From contig JABWCP010000015.1 in assembly GCA_013360215.1 (NCBI GenBank), forward strand, positions 1 to 64,000: a DNA stretch of 64,000 bases. Direction: 5' to 3'. The notes under the pieces were generated by a model. It had not been told where the DNA came from, did no database searches, and saw only the letters and a program-made list of their open reading frames with translations. Each line of letters begins with the position of its first letter. The stretch's first letter is position 1. Shown piece by piece: positions 60,871 through 64,000 of this stretch. The DNA is from a bacterium. Its GTDB lineage: Bacteria > CLD3 > SB21. A program made the translations under genes and the position numbers.

Positions 60871-62193
60871 TTATACCTTACCGGAGCCGAGTACAGCTAT
60901 TTTATCGCGCCCATGCGTCACGGATTTGGTTGCATTACGGGAATCCACAACACTGGCGGCGTGGGAGACTATTTCATTATAATCATAGCGCGAGTGATCC
61001 GTTCCGACAAACACAACATCAACGGACTTCAAAAGCTCCGTGCTGATCACGTGTGATTTATAAACTTTACCCAAAAGTTCAACTTCAGGAACATACGGAT
61101 CATTGTACATCACATCGCTAAACCCTTTCTGAATCATGATTTCCATCACTTTCAGCGATGGTGAATGCCGTGTATCATCCACATCCTTTTTGAAGGCCGC
61201 ACCGAGAACCAATACTTTAGCTTTTTTAAGCGCAACACCGCGATTGGCCAAAGCTTCTACGATCATCGAATAGGCATAATAGGGCATATTCTCATTGACC
61301 TCCGCAGCCAATTCGATAAAGTTGGTATGAAAATCGTAGCCGCGTGCTTTCCATGACAAATAATAGGGATCAATAAGAATGCAATGTCCTCCGATACCAG
61401 GGCCCGGGTAAAACGGCATATAACCAAAAGGTTTTGTACCGGCCGCATTTATTACTTCCCACATGTCCACACCGCCCATGCGATCGCAGAGTTGTGCCAA
61501 CTCATTAACAAGGGCAATATTTACACTGCGAAAAATATTTTCGAGCAGTTTGCACATTTCGGCAACCCGAGGATTGGATACGGGTACTACTTTTTCTATG
61601 ATCTGAGCATTGATGAGACAAGCCAGTTCGGTACACTTCGAAGTCACACCCCCGACCACGACCGGGGTATTGGCTGTTGTATATTTTTTATTGCCGGGAT
61701 CAATGCGTTCCGGCGAAAATGCGAGATAATAATCGGCACCGACTTTCAGACCTTTTTTATCAAGAATCGGCATCGTTACTTTTTCCGTGGTCTCCGGAAA
61801 CGTAGTGCTTTTAAGAATAACAAGCTGCTCTTTACGAAGCCCGCTTGCAATTCCTTCGCTGGCACTGACGATATACGAAACATCGGGCTCTTTATTATCC
61901 GTGAAGGGCGTCGGTACACATATATAGATGATGTCCATTTCGCCGATACGCTGATAGGTAGTATCGGCTTTTAACTTACCCGATTGATAGCATTTTTGGA
62001 AACGATCATTGGGTATATCTTCGATATAGTTATGGCCATCATTGATACTTTTTACTTTTTTAGAATCAAGATCAATACCCAAGGTGTCGTAACCGGAGGC
62101 AGCGAATTCAACAGCCAAAGGCAATCCCACATAACCTAATCCGATGATACCCACTTTGGCCGATTTATTTTTTATTTTACTCTCTAGATTCAC
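60871..62193 (-). CDS. UDP-N-acetylhexosamine 6-dehydrogenase (WbpA-like)
   Basis: GLGYVGLPLA, CVPTP, SPERIDPGN, KLLENIFR, GPGIGGHC, DPYYL. Confidence 0.92.
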   Translation of the reverse strand: MNLESKIKNKSAKVGIIGLGYVGLPLAVEFAASGYDTLGIDLDSKKVKSINDGHNYIEDIPNDRFQKCYQSGKLKADTTYQRIGEMDIIYICVPTPFTDNKEPDVSYIVSASEGIASGLRKEQLVILKSTTFPETTEKVTMPILDKKGLKVGADYYLAFSPERIDPGNKKYTTANTPVVVGGVTSKCTELACLINAQIIEKVVPVSNPRVAEMCKLLENIFRSVNIALVNELAQLCDRMGGVDMWEVINAAGTKPFGYMPFYPGPGIGGHCILIDPYYLSWKARGYDFHTNFIELAAEVNENMPYYAYSMIVEALANRGVALKKAKVLVLGAAFKKDVDDTRHSPSLKVMEIMIQKGFSDVMYNDPYVPEVELLGKVYKSHVISTELLKSVDVVFVGTDHSRYDYNEIVSHAASVVDSRNATKSVTHGRDKIAVLGSGKV

Positions 62194-62223
62194 GTGGAGA
62201 CTCCAATTTATTTTATTCTTATT

Positions 62224-63537
62224 CTATTTTACAATTCGCCCTACCGCATTATACTCAAATCCGAGTGCTTTTATTTCTTTTGGATCGAATATGTTTCTGC
62301 AATCAACAATCTTAGCCGATTTTAGCAGTGTTTTCGCTTTGACCAAATCCAACTCGCGAAACTCATTCCACTCCGTCACGATCACCATACAGTCAGCACC
62401 TTGCACGGCTTCAAAAGCATCTTTAGCATAATACATCGTCGGGAAAAATTTCTGCGCTTGTTCCATAGCTACGGGATCATAAGCTTTCACAACGCCGCCT
62501 TCTTTGGTGATTTCTTCCATGATCACAAGCGATGTGGCTTCACGGATGTCGTCGGTATTAGGTTTGAACGCAATACCCAGCACCGCGATGGTTTTACCTT
62601 TAAAATTACCGCCGACCATTTTTCTGATTTTTTCAACCATGAGCATTTTTTGGTAATCATTCGCCTGAATGGCGGCATTGACAACAAGGTTTTGAACCCC
62701 AACCTCTTCGGCTGTTTTGGCTAACGCCATGGTATCTTTAGGAAAACAAGAACCGCCGAAACCGCCACCGGCATGGAGAAATTTCGGACTGATACGGCCA
62801 TCCAATCCCATCGCTTTGGCAACAACCTTTACATCAGCACCGATCTTTTCGCAAATATTGGCGATTTCATTAATAAACGAAATTTTTACGGCCAGAAATG
62901 CATTCGATGCATATTTGATCATTTCGGATGATTCGACATTGGTCACGACCATCGGCGTCTCATTGATATAAAGCGCCCGATACACTGTTTTCATCACCTC
63001 TGTCGCACGATCGCTGTTGCTCCCTATGACCACACGATCCGGTCTTAAGAAATCACTGACCGCAGAACCTTCGCGTAAAAATTCGGGATTGGATACCACG
63101 TCAAATTCGGCACCTTTGGGGGCATGCTCGGAAAGAATCTTCCTGACTTTTTCACCCGTACCCGCAGGAACCGTACTCTTGGTGACTACAACTTTATAGC
63201 CGTTTAAGTTTTTTGCAATAGTTTCGGCGACTTTGAAAACAATACTCAAATCGGCGTCCCCCTTAGGTCCGGGTGGCGTACCTACCGCGATAAAAATGAC
63301 TTCGGACTCTTTGATAGACTGCGCCACGTCATTGGAAAAAAACAAACGTTTTTTCTCAACATTGCGATCCACCACTTCCTTAAGGCCCGGCTCATAAATC
63401 GGTATAACACCTTGATTGAGTTTATCAATTTTTTCTTTATCAATATCGGCGCATATGACGTTGTTGCCAAAATCGGCTAAACACGCACCGGATACCAGGC
63501 CAACATAACCGGTTCCTACCACGCATATCTTTTTCAC
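62224..63537 (-). CDS. ugd: UDP-glucose 6-dehydrogenase
   Basis: GTGYVGL, IYEPGL, AVGTP, KSTVP, NPEFLREG, GFGGSCFPKD, FKPNTDDIRE. Confidence 0.95.
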   Translation of the reverse strand: MKKICVVGTGYVGLVSGACLADFGNNVICADIDKEKIDKLNQGVIPIYEPGLKEVVDRNVEKKRLFFSNDVAQSIKESEVIFIAVGTPPGPKGDADLSIVFKVAETIAKNLNGYKVVVTKSTVPAGTGEKVRKILSEHAPKGAEFDVVSNPEFLREGSAVSDFLRPDRVVIGSNSDRATEVMKTVYRALYINETPMVVTNVESSEMIKYASNAFLAVKISFINEIANICEKIGADVKVVAKAMGLDGRISPKFLHAGGGFGGSCFPKDTMALAKTAEEVGVQNLVVNAAIQANDYQKMLMVEKIRKMVGGNFKGKTIAVLGIAFKPNTDDIREATSLVIMEEITKEGGVVKAYDPVAMEQAQKFFPTMYYAKDAFEAVQGADCMVIVTEWNEFRELDLVKAKTLLKSAKIVDCRNIFDPKEIKALGFEYNAVGRIVK

Positions 63538-63552
63538 AGTAATACCTCTAGA

Positions 63553-63999
63553 TTATTGGATTCCGTTATTTTTTATTCTTTGCAAAGCCTCTTTAGCGGC
63601 TTGCTGTTCTGCTTCTTTTTTGGATAACCCTCTGCCGCATCCTAGTATGGTATCTTTAACGGCTACTTGGATGGTAAACTCTTTTTGATGTTCGGGCCCT
63701 GTTTCGCTGACGACGATATACTGCGGAATACCGAGATCTTTGCCTTGGGTATATTCCAGTAAATCGCCCTTAAAATTGGAATTCATTTCGCTCTGCAAAA
63801 TACGCTCGGTATCGCAAAGCAGCGTATCCAAAACAAATTTACGCGCCGTATGATACCCGTGGTCCAGATAAACCGCTGCGATGAGCGCTTCAAAAACATC
63901 CGATAATATAGATGAACGCGAACGACCACCCGAGCGCTCTTCACCATCGCTCATCACTATAAACTGACCCAGTCCCAAGGCTTCGGCTTTATGCGCTAA
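63553..63999 (-). CDS. rnc: Ribonuclease III (5' end outside window)
   Basis: SILSDVFEALIAAVYLDHG catalytic signature and dsRBD NFKGDLLEY...GPEHQKEF...SKKEAEQQAA; the frame stays open to the window edge. Confidence 0.93.
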   Translation of the reverse strand, partial: LAHKAEALGLGQFIVMSDGEERSGGRSRSSILSDVFEALIAAVYLDHGYHTARKFVLDTLLCDTERILQSEMNSNFKGDLLEYTQGKDLGIPQYIVVSETGPEHQKEFTIQVAVKDTILGCGRGLSKKEAEQQAAKEALQRIKNNGIQ

Positions 64000-64000
64000 C

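Noticed and set aside
43-63199. Many 60-196 aa plus-strand ORFs (e.g. 7156-7713, 45351-45926, 46656-47240, 61384-61974)
   Set aside because: They lie almost entirely antisense to well-supported minus-strand genes and show no recognisable motifs; treated as shadow ORFs.
1-64000. CRISPR arrays, rRNA or tRNA genes
   Set aside because: No regularly spaced repeats or RNA-gene signatures were seen in the few non-coding stretches.

Overview
A 64-kb bacterial chromosomal segment in which all ~50 credible genes lie on the minus strand. It probably comes from a non-Bacteroidota FCB-group lineage (Calditrichota/KSB1/Ignavibacteriota-like); this is inferred from a QNYPNPFNP-type C-terminal secretion tail, a beta-propeller/Y_Y_Y sensor and visible Shine-Dalgarno sites. 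In transcription order (right to left), a partial rnc runs straight into a ~50-kb surface-polysaccharide locus (13.9-63.5 kb). The native-GC part (44.1-63.5 kb) encodes Ugd, a WbpA/I/B/D/E-type 2,3-diacetamido-uronate pathway, an SLBB export protein, RfbFGH, an SDR, an FkbM methyltransferase, a split transketolase, Wzx, a GT2 and AsnB. A ~27-kb low-GC cassette (about 17.1-44.1 kb) follows, with Wzz, Gmd, Fcl, an epimerase, a cupin, perosamine synthase, methyltransferases, a MurJ-like flippase, Wzy, GT4s, an acyltransferase, a second AsnB, an RmlD-like reductase and a 1432-aa secreted transglutaminase-like/Ig-repeat protein. The locus ends with wcaJ and wzi. Downstream are arginase, an apparently catalytically dead GH2-membrane fusion, pyrE, a translationally coupled YycJ-like nuclease / HEAT-Cys4 unknown / MPG trio, valS, a homocysteine S-methyltransferase and a partial propeller sensor. 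I saw no rRNA, tRNA, CRISPR array, integrase or transposase. All calls rest on motif recognition by eye; no database searches were run.
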